Shown: positions 1 to 12,999 of the stretch, piece after piece
How the letters are laid out: every line of letters begins with the position of its first letter
Numbering within the stretch: the first letter of the stretch is position 1
NCBI RefSeq assembly: GCF_963921235.1
Contig: NC_086097.1
Coordinates: 118,670,001-118,734,000 of the forward strand
DNA length: 64,000 nucleotides
Direction: 5' to 3'
Source of the DNA: Mobula hypostoma
Lineage: Eukaryota
Notes under the pieces: model-generated
Databases searched by the model: none
What the model was told of the DNA's origin: nothing
Seen by the model: the letters and a program-made list of their open reading frames with translations, nothing else
Program-made: the position numbers and the translations under genes

Positions 1-555
1 CATCGCCACTAAAAGTAAGGCAGATAAAAGTCATGGCACTCCGAATTTGTTCAGCAGATTGGAGCTGTGTGTGGCACCACTGTTGTAGGTGTAAACGGAG
101 TAGAGGAGGGGACTCAGGGCACAACCCTGAGAGGCACCTGTGCTGAGGATCAGAGGAAGAGGTGAGGGAGTCCATCTTTGCCATCTGACGACGATCCTTG
201 TCCAGCTGCACAAGGTAGGGTGCAGGCCGAGGTCTCTGAGCTTCCCGTCAGGTCTGGAGGGAATTCTGGTGTTGAATGCTGAACTGTAGGCTAGGAACTG
301 TGTTCTAATGTATGCAACCCTCTTCTCCAGCTGAATGAGGATGGTGTGTAGTGCTGTTGCTATGGCGTCTCAGTAGACTAGTTCCGTCGGTAGATGAATT
401 GTAGGGGGTCCAGGGTGGGTGGTAACGTACTGCAGACCTATTCTTTAACCGGTCTCTCAAAGCATTTGCTTATTATTGAGGTGCTTGCGATAGGGCGCCA
501 ATCTTTCAGGTATGCTACCTTGGTTTTCTTAGATACAGGGACAATGATGGACATT
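1..555 (-). mobile_element. Rex1/L2-group non-LTR retrotransposon RT fragment (decayed)
   Basis: ORF 31-213 has LILSTGASQGCALSPLLYSVYT...LNKF (RT motif TGxPQGxxLSPLL); upstream sequence continues as decayed RT. Confidence 0.75.
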
Positions 556-684
556 CCAAAGGTGTGAAGGTTGGCAGGTGAATTGGCAACTGTAAAATGC
601 TCCTCATTCATAGATTGTGGTAGAATCTGGAGGGATGGAGTTTATGCAAAATTAGGGAGGATTGGTTACAGAGAAAATTGAAGG

Positions 685-810
685 ATCTTGGCCCAAAATG
701 TCGACTGTTTATTCCCTTCCATAGATGCTGCCTGATCTGGTGAGTTCATCCAGCATTGTGAGTGCGTTGCTCTGGATTTTCAGCATCTGCAGAATCTCTT
801 ATGTTTGTGT
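685..810 (+). mobile_element. Penelope-like element terminal fragment
   Basis: tcgactgt...agatgctgcctga...cagcatctgcaga matches the PLE ends at 18121-18245 and 22960-23060. Confidence 0.65.
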
Positions 811-1184
811 TTGTGGGAAGTTGAAATTCCTTTGTGAGGAAACATAAACTTGATGGGCTAATATGGCTTCTCATTCTGTTGCAATGAATTTGAGAGAAAA
901 TATTCCAAAGGATGTACATGCATACACAGAGGCACTTAAGCTCCAACTATGGAAGATGAATTGAATTCAAACAGAGTGTAAACCCAGCCTTATCCTATTC
1001 CTGCTGCACCGACTCAGTTAAGACCAGAGATGTGATGTGAGCACTCCAGAATGCAATGGCCAAATTCTAGGTGCAGAGAGCAGGGGAATGGTTCAAATTA
1101 TACATAAAAATGCACCTTGCTGTTGTGACATCGGGAGAGATGCTGAGAAAGGGGGAGAAACAGAAAGAAAAATATAAAAATATC

Positions 1185-1997
1185 TGAGTCTAATGGCGCC
1201 TAACGGCAATTCCTTTACTTGCATCTTCGGAAACAGCTCTATTTCCATCTTTATTATCTCTATTTTTCCCTTTCAGGGTTCTTTTGAAGATCCTCACCTG
1301 GAGTTACACACTGACTGCGGTTCTTTGTGGGAATGGGAACCGCTCTTGGGGTTTCACAAACGGCCGTTGTTCAGCACACTGAGGGTTCGGCCTAAGAGCT
1401 CTGCTTGCCTTCGGAGGACTGGGATCTTGTGGTTCTAGAGACAGGGAGGTCAGAGGTCAGTGCCTCTGCAGGAGATCAGTGTGTCGTTAGAGATGGAAGA
1501 TCTCTGGCTGTGTGCCCAGAGACCTGAGATCTTTGGGCACAGAGCTTGGAAAAAGTGATGCAATGGATTTTTAACATCGTAAGCCAGCAAGTTGTTTGTT
1601 ATATCTCCCCTCTTGCTGTGAAACGGAGACATCTCTCTCTCCCTTATTAGAGAGAGAGAGAGAGAGAGAGCTTGTGGTATGTTGAATGTCAGGTGAACGA
1701 GTAGTACTTTGGAGTATTGCAAGTCTGTGTCTTTGCTGTTACCTTGCTCACGCTTGAGTGCTTGGTGGTGGGTGCCGATGTTTTTTTTTGCTGGTGGGGG
1801 TCGGGGGGATTGTTACTTGCTGCCGCTTTTGCGTAGGAGGGAGGGGAGCTGGGGGGACTTTGGGGTTCTACCATTTAACTGTCATTCATTCTTTGGGGCA
1901 CTCCTCTGTTTTCGTGGCTGGTTGTGAAGAAAAAGCATTTCAGGATGTATATTGTGTACATTTCTCTGACATTAAATGTACCTTTGAAACCTTTGAA
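1185..1997 (+). repeat. Interspersed repeat, probable non-LTR 3' UTR/non-autonomous element, with internal (AG)n
   Basis: Ends attaaa...cctttgaaacctttgaa (short tandem tail typical of LINE 3' ends); (AG)n at about 1648-1670; no coding motif. Confidence 0.45.
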
Positions 1998-2170
1998 CAA
2001 ACTGTGTCATGTGTCGTGCAGAGTTGCTATTATTACGTGTTATAAATAAACCAGTACTTCACTTGTCTAAATGGGTAAATACATTGCATCGTGTGAAATA
2101 CTGCTGTACAGAATGGCAGGGTAACTGGCACAGAGCAGCAGTCTGAAGATAAATGATGCAAAATTGGGAA

Positions 2171-2345
2171 TATTTATTTATTTATTTTCATTTAATGATA
2201 CAAAACGATAACGGGCCCTTCTCGCCCATGAGCCCACATTGACCAGTTGTGCCCATGTGACAAATTTATCTACTAACCTACACATATTTCGAACATGGGA
2301 GGAAACCAGAGCACCCATACAGTCATGGGTGAAGAATTCCTTTAA
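2171..2345 (-). mobile_element. V-SINE-like fragment
   Basis: (ttta)n tail and gggaggaaaccagagcacc, reverse complement of the V-SINE core; second copy at 25410-25630. Confidence 0.6.
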
Positions 2346-2394
2346 ATCTGTGGTGGGAATTGATCCCAGGATGCTAATCGCCATGGTACCATGT

Positions 2395-5300
2395 TATCCC
2401 GGGGGAAGCGACGGTGGCCCTGCCTCCAGCACAGAGTCCAGCCCTGTAGCTCAGAAGGGTAGGGCAAGGAAGAGGAGGGCAGTTGTGATAGGGGACTCAA
2501 TAGTAAGGGGGTCAGATAGGCGATTATGTGGACGCAGGCGAGAGACCCGGGTGGTAGTTTCCCTCCCTGGTGCCAGGGTCCGGGATATTTCTGATCGTGT
2601 TCAAGATATCCTGAAGTGGGAGGGTGAGGAGCCAGAGGTCGTGGTACATATAGGTACCAATGACATAGGTAGGAAAAGGGAAGAGGTCCTGAAAGGAGAA
2701 TATAGGGAGCTAGGAAGGGAGTTGAGAAAAAGGACTGCAAAGGTAGTAACCTCGGGATTACTGCCTGTGCCACGCGACAGTGAGAGTAGGAATGCGATGA
2801 GGTGGAGGATAAATGCGTGGCTGAGGGATTGGAGCAGGAGGCAGGGATTCAAGTTTTTGGATCATTGGGACCTCTTTTGGCGCAGGCGTGACCTGTACAA
2901 AAAGGACGGGTTACACTTGAATCCTACGAGGACCAATATCCTGGCAGGGAGATTAGCGAGGGCTACTGAGGTGACTTTAAACTAGAATGGTTGAGGGGTG
3001 TGAATCAAATTAAAGAGGCTAGGCGAGTGGAGGTTAGTTCACAACAGGGGGATGGGAACCAGTGCAGAGAGACAGAGAGGTGTAAGGTGAGGGTAGAAGC
3101 AAAAAGTAGTAAGGAGAAAAGTAAAAGTGGCAGGCCGACAAATCCAGGGCAAGCATCAAAAAGGGCCACTTTTCAACATAATTGTATAAGGGCTAAGAGA
3201 GTTGTAAAAGAGTGCCTGAAGGCTTTGTGTGTCAATGCAAGGAGCATTCGTAACAAGGTGGATGAATTGAAAGTGCAGATTGTTATTAATGATTATGATA
3301 TAGTTGGGATCACAGAGACATGGCTCCAGGGTGACCAAGGATGGGAGCTCAATGTTCAGGGATATTCAATATTCAGGAGGGATAGACATGAAAGAAAAGG
3401 AGGTGGGGTGGCGTTGCTGGTTAAAGATGAGATTAATGCAATAGAAAGGAAGGACATAAGCCGGGAAGATGTGGAATCGATATGAGTAGAGCTGCATAAC
3501 ACTAAGGGGCAGAAAACGCTGGTGCGAGTTGTGTACAGGCCACCTAACAGTCGTAGTGAGGTAGGAGATGGTATTAAACAGGAAATTAGAAATGTGTGCA
3601 ATAAAAGAACAGCAGTTATAATGGGTGACTTCAGTCTTCATATAGATTGGGTGAACCAAATTGGTAAAGGTGCTGAGGAAGAGGATTTCTTGGAATGTAT
3701 GCGGGATTTTTTTTGAACCAACATGTCGAGGAACCAACTAGAGAGCAGGCTATTCTAGACTGGGTTTTGAGCAATGAGGAAGAGTTAATTAGCAATCTTG
3801 TCGTGAGAGGCCCCTTGGATAAGAGTGACCATAATATGGTGGAATTCTTCATTAAGATGGAGAATGACATAGTTAATTCAGAATCAAAGGTTCTGAACTT
3901 AAAGAGGGGTAACTTTGAAGGTATGAGACGTGAATTTGCTAAGATAGACTGGCAAATGACACTTAAAGAATTGATGGTGGATATGCAATGGCAAGCATTT
4001 AAAGATTGCATGGATGAACTACAACAATTGTTCATCCCAGTTTGGCAAAAGAATAAATCAAGGAAGGTAGTGCACCCGTGGCTGACAAGAGAAATTAGGG
4101 ATAGTATCAATTCCAAAGAAGAAGCATACAAATTAGCCAGAAAAAGTGGCTCACCTGAGGACTGGGAGAAATTCAGAGTTCAGCAGAGGAGGACAAAGGG
4201 CTTAATTAGGAAGGGGAAAAAAAGATTATGAGAGAAAACTGGCAGGGAACATAAAAACTGACTGTAAAAGCTTTTATAGATATGTAAAAGGAAAAGACTG
4301 GTCAAGACAAATGTAGGCTCTCTACAGACAGAAACAGGTGAATTGATTATGGGGAGCAAGGACATGGCAGACCAACTGAATAATTACTTTGGTTCTGCCT
4401 TCACTAAGGAGGACATAAATAATCTTCCAGAAATAGTAGGGGACAGAGGGTCCAGTGAGATGGAGGAACTGAGCGAAATACTTGTTAGTAGGGAAGTGGT
4501 GTTAGGTAAATTGAAGGGATTAAAGGCAGATAAATCCCCAGGGCCAGATGGTCTGCATCCCAGAGTGCTTAAGGAAGTAGCCCAAGAAATAGTGGATGCA
4601 TTAGTGATAATTTTTCAAAACTCGTTAGATTCTGGACTAGTTCCTGAGGATTGGAGGGTGGCTAATGTAACCCCACTTTTTAAAAAAGGAGGGAGAGAGA
4701 AACCGGGGAATTATAGGCCAGTTAGCCTAACGTTGGTGGTGGGGAAACTGCTGGAGTCAGTTATCAAAGATGTTATAACAGCACATTTGGAAAGCGGTGA
4801 AATCATCGGACAAAGTCAGCATGGATTTGTGAAAGGAAAATCATGTCTGACGAATCTCATAGAATTTTTTGAGGATGTAACTAGTAGAGTGGATAGGGGA
4901 GAACCAGTGGATGTGGTATATTTGGATTTTCAAAAGGCTTTTGGCAAGGTCCCACACGGGAGATTAGTGTGCAAACTTAAAGCACATGGTATTGGGGGTA
5001 AGGTATTGATGTGGATAGAGAATTGGTTAGCAGACAGGAAGCAAAGAGTGGGAATAAACGGGACCTTTTCAGAATGGCAGGCAGTGACTAGTGGGGTACC
5101 GCAAGGTTCAGTGCTGGGACCCCAGTTGTTTACAATATATATTAATGACTTGGATGAGGGAATTAAATGCAGCATCTCCAAGTTTGCGGATGACACGAAG
5201 CTGGGCGGCAGTGTTAGCTGTGAGGAGGATGCTAAGAGGATGCAGGGTGACTTGGATAGGTTGGGTGAGTGGGCAAATTCATGGCAGATGCAATTTAATG

Positions 5301-6120
5301 TGGATAAATGTGAAGTTATCCACTTTGGTGGCAAAAACAGGGAAACAGATTATTTTCTGAATGGTGTCCGATTAGGAAAAGGGGAGGTGCAACGAGACCT
5401 GGGTGTCATTATACACCAGTCATTGAAAATGGGCATGCAGGTACAGCAGGCGGTGAAAAAGGCGAATGGTATGCTGGCATTTATAGGGAGAGGATTCGAG
5501 TACAGGAGCAGGGAGGTACTACTGCAGTTGTACAAGGCCTTGGTGAGACCACACCTGGAGTATTGTGTGCAGTGTTGGTCCCCTAATCTGAGGAAAGACA
5601 TCCTTGCCATAGAGGGAGTACAAAGAAGGTTCACCAGATTGATTCCTGGGATGGCAGGACTTTCATATGAAGAAAGACTGGATGAACAAGGCTTGTACTC
5701 ATTGGAATTTAGAAGATTGAGGGGGGATCTGATTGAAACGTATAAAATTTTAAAGGGATTGGACAGGCTAGATGCAGGAAGATTGTTTCCGATGTTGGGG
5801 AAATCCAGAACGAGGGGTCACAGTTTGAGGATAAGGGGGAAGCCTTTTAGGACTGAGATTAGGAAAAACTTCTTCACATAGAGAGTGGTGAATCTGTGGA
5901 ATTCTCTGCCACAGGAAACAGTTGAGGCCAGTTCATTGGCTATATTTAAGAGGGAGTTACATATGACCTTTGTGGTTACGGGGATCAGGGGGTATGGAGG
6001 GAAGGCTGGTGCAGGGTTCTGAGTTGGATGATCAGCCATGATAATAATAAATGTTGGTGCAGGCTCGAAGGGCCGAATGGCCTACTCCTGCACCTATTTT
6101 CTATGTTTCTATGTTTCTAT
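2395..6120 (+). mobile_element. CR1 LINE, near full length (ORF1 SGNH esterase, APE endonuclease, RT), with stops and frameshifts
   Basis: ORF1 VIGDSIVR...VVHIGTND...DGLHLN; APE NARS..ITETWL..YRPP..SDHN; RT ORF 4343-5881 [29 protein letters not shown]; tail (ttctatgt)n. Confidence 0.95.
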
Positions 6121-6248
6121 CCCAAAATCCTCAACTGATCTATTGATGGATAAGCAGTCAAAGTTCATTCGATCACTATCCCGACCACTATATAATGCCT
6201 TTCCTGATTGAATTGGCTTCCTGTATCAAGGTCCAGCAGGTGATAGTG

Positions 6249-9048
6249 TGTTATTATGTGTATACATAATAAAGAACTTCAGTTTCCAGCGGACAATGCG
6301 GGTAGTTCACCCAGAATCAGAAGTGACATGGGTGAGCTGGTAGGAAGCACTCGCTGTTGAGCTGAAGTTGTTCTGTAAATAAAAATATTCTTAGCGTAAA
6401 CCCATTCTAAGTTAGTCTTTATTAAGAATAAACATAACATGCTGTCAGAAGTCAGTGTGGATGATAAATGAACACCATGCGAGACTGAGAAAGAGACACT
6501 AGTTATGATGGAGAGTGACGGAGGGAAGCAGGCCAGTGAGGTGACCGAGAACATTGTGTTCTGAAGCTCACCAGATTCACCAAGAAATTCAGGTGAGAGG
6601 CTGAAAATTCATGTCATGGATCACCTAAATCCTCCCACACCTATGCAGTTTACTGGCAATCTAACAGATAAATGGAAAAGCTTTGAATAGCAATTCAATA
6701 TATATTGTGTGGGCACGTGGCCAAGTGGTTAAGGCACTCAACTAGCGACCGGAAGGTCATGAGTTTGAGCCCCAGCTGAGATAGCGTGTTGTGTCCTTCA
6801 GCAAGGCACCTAACCACACACTGCTCTGCGACGACCCTGGTGCCAAGCTATATCGGCCTTTGCCCTTCCCTTGGACAACATCGGTGTCATGGAGAGGGGA
6901 GACCTGCAGCATTGGCAACTGCCAATCTTCCATACAACCTTGCTCAGGTCTGCGCCCTGGAAAGTGAAGACTTTCCAGGCGCAGATCCATGGTCTCGCAA
7001 GAGTAGAGTAAATTGAGTACAGAGTAAATTGAAAGTGTCTATTTTTCTGTATGTTATGAGTGAAGATGCTTTGAATATCTTCCAAATTGATGAGGCAGCC
7101 TTTACATTGGAGACTATGGTGACAAAATTGAGAAGTATTTTATCCCAAGTAAAAATATCATATTTGTGAGATTTTTTTTTCCCCTGTGACTGGAAGTTTA
7201 GCTTTGTCTAATACTTAACTGAGCTTCACAAACTGAGTATGTCCTATCAGTCTGGACATTTGAGAGACTCACTTGTTAGAGACAAAATAGTTTGTCAAAT
7301 CACAGATAATGGGCTCAAAGTAAGATTGCTCCGTGACAAGAGATTTGATGCTGGAAAAGTCTGTGGATACGTGTAGGGCAGTACAGACCACACAAGCACA
7401 AGCTAAGGAGCTTCACAGGGCCAACACAACAGGGCATGCTGTGGAAACAGAGGGGCAAAGCACAAGACAAAAGGAAGGCTCAAACAGCAAATGCAGCAAA
7501 TGTGGAGGTAGGCACATTCCAAAAACGTGCCCTGCTTTCGGCATTTCCTGCAATAATTGTGAAAAGAAGAATCATTTTGCAAAGTGCTGTGAAAGTGGGG
7601 CTAACAAGAGAAAGGTGCACACAGTTGCTGAGGAAATGGAGGATGTCTTTGTGGATTCTCTATAGACTGCTGGTGCTAGTGAAACAACTGTGACTGTGAA
7701 TGAGACAGTAATTCCATTCCAACTTCACACTGGAACCCAGGTGAATCTGTTATCCATGGATGATTACAAGACTCTCAAAGTAAAGAGCAAGATATAACCA
7801 CTGAAGTTAAAAGTGATGGTCTAGACTGGGAGAACATTCCAGTAGAAAGGGGCTATATAGTAACCTTCAAGCTCAAGGGGCAGTATCTACAGGCACAGCT
7901 AGTGATTGTAGGAAACAGAGTCCAGCCAATATTAGGTCTGAGAGCATGTGAAAAATTCAACCTGGTGAAAAGAGTCTTCATGGTGTCTTCACAGACTGAA
8001 GATGACCATACAACACTCATGGAACAGTATGCAGATGTCTTTGAGGGACTCGGATGCTTATCTGATGCAGTGAGAACCTCCTAAAAGCCTCCATGAGAGC
8101 TCCAGAGGTTATGCAAGAGAAACACAGGAACTTCACCTTCCATAAACATTGGTACCAGCTACACCAGTATAACAGTCAGGATGCCTGTGATGAACAGAGT
8201 GATCATGATGAAGAAGTCGCCAGTCTTGTTTCCACATCATGCAGCTTTGGCTTGAAATAGGTTTCTCATCAACTTCTAGTTTAAGACTGGAAATCAAAAA
8301 CATCACCATGATTCTTTCTGAAGTTGAAGAGGAAAAGTTAAAAGGAGGATGGGGAGACCCCACAATCCCCATGGTCAGAGCAACAGCAACAGTTCAACAC
8401 AGATTAACAGGAGGAGTTGCTATCTATGATATGCAGCCAACAGAAGAAGCTCTGTGAATTGAGACAAAATCAACTGGAACTTGTCCAAAGACTCACTGAT
8501 CATATGGATGTAGTCCAGGACTCCATTATGAAGCACTTAGAGCAAGAACAAGAACAGAGACAAACAAATAAGCAGAAGGATGTGAAAGAAATGAACATGT
8601 TGATCAGGGTTCTCAGAAAGATATTAACATTAATACAGCAAGTGGAAGGAATACACATCTGCAGACAAATAGCAGACCAAAAAGGATCATCAAACCACCT
8701 CAGACAGTGATTGATAATTGCTGGGTGAATAAGGGACTGTATTTGCTCATTACAATTGAAGTTAATGTAAATATTTTGGTTGGAAAACGTTATTGTGTCT
8801 TGTAGGTTTATGAGGACATACTATTGTGTTGTTTTTTTTTCTTTGAAGGGGGAAGATCTGTTATTATGTGTGTACAGAATGAAGAACTTCAGTTCCCAGT
8901 GGGCAACGTGGGCAGTTTACCAGAACTGGAAATAATGTGAGTGAGCTGATTGCATGCATTCAGTATTGAGCTGGAGTCCCATTGTAAATAAAAATATTCT
9001 TATTGTAAACCCACGACAAGTTTGTTTTTATGAAGAGTCAACATAACA
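6249..9048 (+). mobile_element. Gypsy LTR retrotransposon, internally deleted (gag and protease remnants, no RT/IN)
   Basis: LTRs 6249-6439 and 8859-9048 (tgttat...ataaca); PBS-like tgctgtcagaagt at 6440; PPT gaagggggaaga at 8845-8856; Gag knuckle CPAFGISCNNCEKKNHFAKC; degenerate protease FQLHTGTQVNL. Confidence 0.88.
6709..7003 (+). mobile_element. tRNA-derived SINE inserted in Gypsy gag
   Basis: A box gtggccaagtggttaagg, degenerate B box gagtttgagccc, CORE-like gtgtccttcagcaaggcacctaacc; same family as 45594-45896. Confidence 0.85.
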
Positions 9049-11639
9049 GAGAGGTTCTTGATTAGTAAGGCTGTCTAAGATTATGAGGAGAAGGCAGGAG
9101 TACAGGGTTGAGAAGGATAACAAATCAAACATGATAGAAAGCCAGAGCAGATTCAATGGGCCAAATGGTTGAATTCTACTCCTATGCTTTATGTTCAAGG
9201 TCCTCTCTAGCTTATGACCACCTGACTTATGTACGACCCTTAGAAATGACCAAGCATTTGGGAGTTTAGTGGGATGGGTTTGCCAGCTGCTGTGGGGCTG
9301 CAAGCGTCTTCTGCTAAGTAGAAATTTAGAGAGTGGCTGTGTTTCCAACTTTCAAATTTTTTGGGCTATGAACAGTTACTCTTTTTAATTAGTTTTCCTC
9401 TGCCTGTATGATGTAAAGTGAATTAAGTTCTTTCACATTTCTTGAGGTTTCCATAAGACATAGGAGCAGAATTAGGTCATTCGGCCCATCACGTCTGTTC
9501 TGTTATTTAATCATGGCTGATCCTTTATCCCCTCCTCAGCCCCGCTCTCCAGCCTTCTCCTCGTAACCTTTGATGCTGCATCCAATCAAGAACCTATCAA
9601 GATCTGCCTTAAGTACACCGAAGGACCTGACCTCCACAGCTGCCTGTGGTAACGAAATCCACAAATTCACCATCCTCTGGCTAAAGAAATTTCTCTGGAT
9701 CTCTGTTTTAATTGGATGCACTTGTATCCTGAGACTGTGTCCTCTTTTCCTAGACTCCCCCACCATGGGAAACATCCTTTCTAAATCTACGCTTTCTAGG
9801 CCTTTCGACATTCGAAAAGTTTCAATGAGATCCCCCCTCATCCTTCTGAATTCCAGCGGGTACAGGCCCAGAGCTATCAAATGTTCCTCGGTTGGTAACC
9901 CTTTCATTCCCTGAATCATCTTTGTGAACCTCCTTTAAACTCTCTCCAATGCCAGCACAACTTTTCTTAGATGAGGAGCCTGAAACTGTTCACAAACCTC
10001 ACCAGTGCCTTATAAAGCCTCAGCATCACATCCCTGTTCTTGTATTCGAGTCCTCTTGAAATGAATGCTAACATAGCATTTGCCTTCCTCACCACCAACT
10101 CTTAACAGCAAGTTAACATTTAGGGTATTCTGCACAAGGACTTCCAAGTCCCTTTGCCTCTCAGATTTGTGGATTATCTTTCCATTTAGAAAATATTCCG
10201 CACATTTATTTCTACTACCAAAGTGCATGACCATGCATTTTCCAACATCGTATTTAATTTGCCACTTCCTTACTCATTCTTCTAATCTGTCGAACTCCTT
10301 CTGCAGTTCTTTCCTGAACACTACCTGCCCCTCCACCAATCTTCACATCATCTGCATACCTGGCAACAAAGCCTTCCATTTCATCATCTAAATCATTCAT
10401 ATACAGCATAAAAAGAAGCTGTCCCAACACCGAACCCTGCGGAACACCACTAGTAACGGGAAGCCAACTAGAAAATGATCCTTTTATTCCCACTTGCTGC
10501 CTCCTACCAATCAGCCAATGCTCTAACTATGAAAGTAACTTCCCTGCAATACCATGGACTCTTAACTTGGTAAGCAGCTTCGTGTGTGACACCTCGTCAA
10601 GGGCCTTCTGAATGTCCAAATGTAATGCCCTGGTTCACACCTTCACTGTTATGCTGTAGGTATTTCATTTAGCTGCTCTGTAAGAGCTGTTTGTTCTCCC
10701 TTCAGCCTGATTGGGTTATTGTTGAAGACGTAGCCCCCCTGGCCAGCCTCAGGGTCGCTCAGCTTGCTGTCATCTAGGGAAGTAGCCGTCGGCCCTACCA
10801 AACTGAATAATAGTTTGTGTGGATGCTGTGTGATGTACCCCACCCTGCCCAAATAACAGACAATACACCAGATACGATTAACTGGTTTACAGTTTATAGA
10901 TATTACTGGAACTATATAATTAATAGAGGATAAAATGTAAAAGGAAAGTAAAAGGCCCCACACTTGTAAAAGTTCAATCTCTTCGTGCACAAACAGTTGG
11001 AGCTCAGGACCCTCCTTCTTCACTCTGCGATCCCCTCGAACCACCTTGACCTGCCACCTGGGACTAACAACGGTGGTCGACCAGACGCTCCTCATGCGTC
11101 CGTCTCCATCTCCTCTCCTCGCCGAACACCCTGGACCTCAGACACCTGTTCGGAGTCCAACCCCGTTAGCGGACTCACAGCACCTGGTCCATCCTCTGTC
11201 TCTCTCTCTCCTGCCTTCTCCTAAAAGTCCGTGCATCACACTAACTTACAGACATACGGAAAAAATAACATCTATCCCAATTTGTTTGTTCACCATCTTA
11301 TCAGTAACATAATCCAAACAAAATGCTAGCAGGAGGACGTTCTCAGCAGTTAACATAACAAAGAAGCCATTTCAATGATAACATAACAAAGAAACCATTT
11401 TGATTAGACTACGCAGTAACATAAAAGAACCAATCTGGGAGCTTCCTAATCCTCCGAGACCTCCGTACACCCTCACCTAAACCCTAAAGGCTCGGACACT
11501 ACTAGGGATACCTCGGGTCTGCTTGCCAACTCCTCTCTCACTCAGGCCGCCACTACAACTTGGAGCCCCTGTCCCGTGTCCGGGGCCCCGCTTCTTCTCC
11601 TTCCTGATCCTGTCGTAACTCAGACTGCCCACAGCTAGC

Positions 11640-12953
11640 CTACCCCACTACACCTGACTCAGTGGGAGAAGGGCCAAAGGTCTCTTCCTCAGTCACGGGG
11701 AAGTTAGTGAAAGGCAGCAGGTACCACATGTGCAGCACATCATCCTTCGAATCCGTATTCTTCCTCATTCTCTCGATCGGTAGCTGCTGTTTAAGTTTCT
11801 CCACACTGAAACATTTAGCCGGGGCTACCCCTTCAGCCTCCTGCAGTCGAGACGTCAGCTTCTTCGGGGACTCCTCCAACTCTCGCCACAGCCTCAGTAG
11901 TTCTGACTCAGGGTTCCTGGCCATCTCAATCTGGGACGCAGTTACCCCACCAGCTTCTTCCACCCTGACCTGAAAAGCAGCAGTTAAAGAATATTCAGCC
12001 TCCGGTTGTTTCTTCCTGAGGGCGTCTTCCAGGTCAACTTTCAGTTTTTCAAATTCATTTAAACTCACGATAGTCATCTTCAGATTCCTTTCAAGTGTCC
12101 GCCTCCCTTTTCCGAGATCTGTCCTCCATTGCTTCACCTCCTCGAGAGTGTAGTCACACTCCCCTCCCTGGGCTCTCGGTTTTCTGCTGACTTTAGTCAG
12201 AACACTTCCTTGATCTTCCCCAACTTGTATGTCTTCCAATCTTTTCTGGATCGATGTCTTGAGTTTCTGCTGATCCCTTCGAAGGGGGGTCATTGTTTTG
12301 TCTCGCTGGATTAATTCATCAGTACATGACCGCAGAGTCGGCTCGGAATTCCGTTGCTCCTTCTCCACATTGACGAGCGGGAATTCCAAGTCTGCAATGG
12401 TCGTCCCACAAGTGCGGCACTCAGTCTCCAGCAGGCATTTCTGAGTGGTCTGCTCAGCGATGCCAATCCCCCCTCTCCCTTGTGTTGCATTCTGATTGAC
12501 GACCTGGGTTTCCATCCCCAGGTCCACCACCATCTGTTCCAACACCAGGAAGTTCAACTGGTATGTCGGGTCAATTTTCTCACATTGCACCAAAATCCTC
12601 CGGCCAAAAACTCCTCCACATTTGACACTTCGCTTCTGTCGCCCGAGCTCAGCCACTTGTCTCGCCTCATAGTCCCCCCAGGCGAATCCAAGCTCCAGGC
12701 GGTCATCCACATACGCCAAAACTCCACACACCTTCACTTCCCCCATGGTCTTCCTCATGCCCCACAGGAAGGTTGCAGGGGCTCCGGATATGCCCTTTGG
12801 CATCTTTTCGGATTGGAAGAATCCTAGGGAACTAATAACGGCCACCTTCTCCTCATCAGCCGCACTCCTCAGGATCTGGCAACATCCACTCCTCAGATCC
12901 TGCACATTAAACCACGTCGCATAATCCGCACACATGCTGCCTAGGTCTTCCAC
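11640..12953 (-). CDS. Chimeric ORF (437 aa): Gypsy RT N-half, myosin heavy-chain rod fragments, pol C-terminal tail
   Basis: DLRSGCCQI..MPKGISGAPATF..LAYVDD (Gypsy RT), then coiled coil resembling myosin II rod, then VLHMWYLLP (resembles the pol tail LHRNxLLP); expression unknown. Confidence 0.75.
   Translation of the reverse strand: MEDLGSMCADYATWFNVQDLRSGCCQILRSAADEEKVAVISSLGFFQSEKMPKGISGAPATFLWGMRKTMGEVKVCGVLAYVDDRLELGFAWGDYEARQVAELGRQKRSVKCGGVFGRRILVQCEKIDPTYQLNFLVLEQMVVDLGMETQVVNQNATQGRGGIGIAEQTTQKCLLETECRTCGTTIADLEFPLVNVEKEQRNSEPTLRSCTDELIQRDKTMTPLRRDQQKLKTSIQKRLEDIQVGEDQGSVLTKVSRKPRAQGGECDYTLEEVKQWRTDLGKGRRTLERNLKMTIVSLNEFEKLKVDLEDALRKKQPEAEYSLTAAFQVRVEEAGGVTASQIEMARNPESELLRLWRELEESPKKLTSRLQEAEGVAPAKCFSVEKLKQQLPIERMRKNTDSKDDVLHMWYLLPFTNFPVTEEETFGPSPTESGVVG
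11769..12540 (-). pseudogene. Intronless captured fragments of a sarcomeric myosin heavy chain rod (MYH16-like)
   Basis: IADLEFPLVNVEKEQ ~ IDDLELTLAKVEKEK; LEDIQVGEDQGSVLTK ~ LDDLQAEEDKVNTLTK; RVEEAGGVTASQIEM ~ RLEEAGGATSAQIEM; KKLTSRLQEAE..AKCFSVEKLKQQL ~ KKLAQRLQEAE..AKCSSLEKTKHRL (comparison with remembered sequences). Confidence 0.85.
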
Positions 12954-12999
12954 TGCGCCAGGGTCCAGTCACCGTGACCTCTCTCTCACTGAGGTGTCT

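Noticed and set aside
6709..6785. tRNA gene
   Set aside because: tRNA-like head continues into a SINE body; the second copy has a TSD; no proper acceptor stem or terminator
11769..12540. Exons of a resident host myosin gene
   Set aside because: No splice sites or introns; fragments are fused in frame to Gypsy RT and enclosed by LTRs with a TSD
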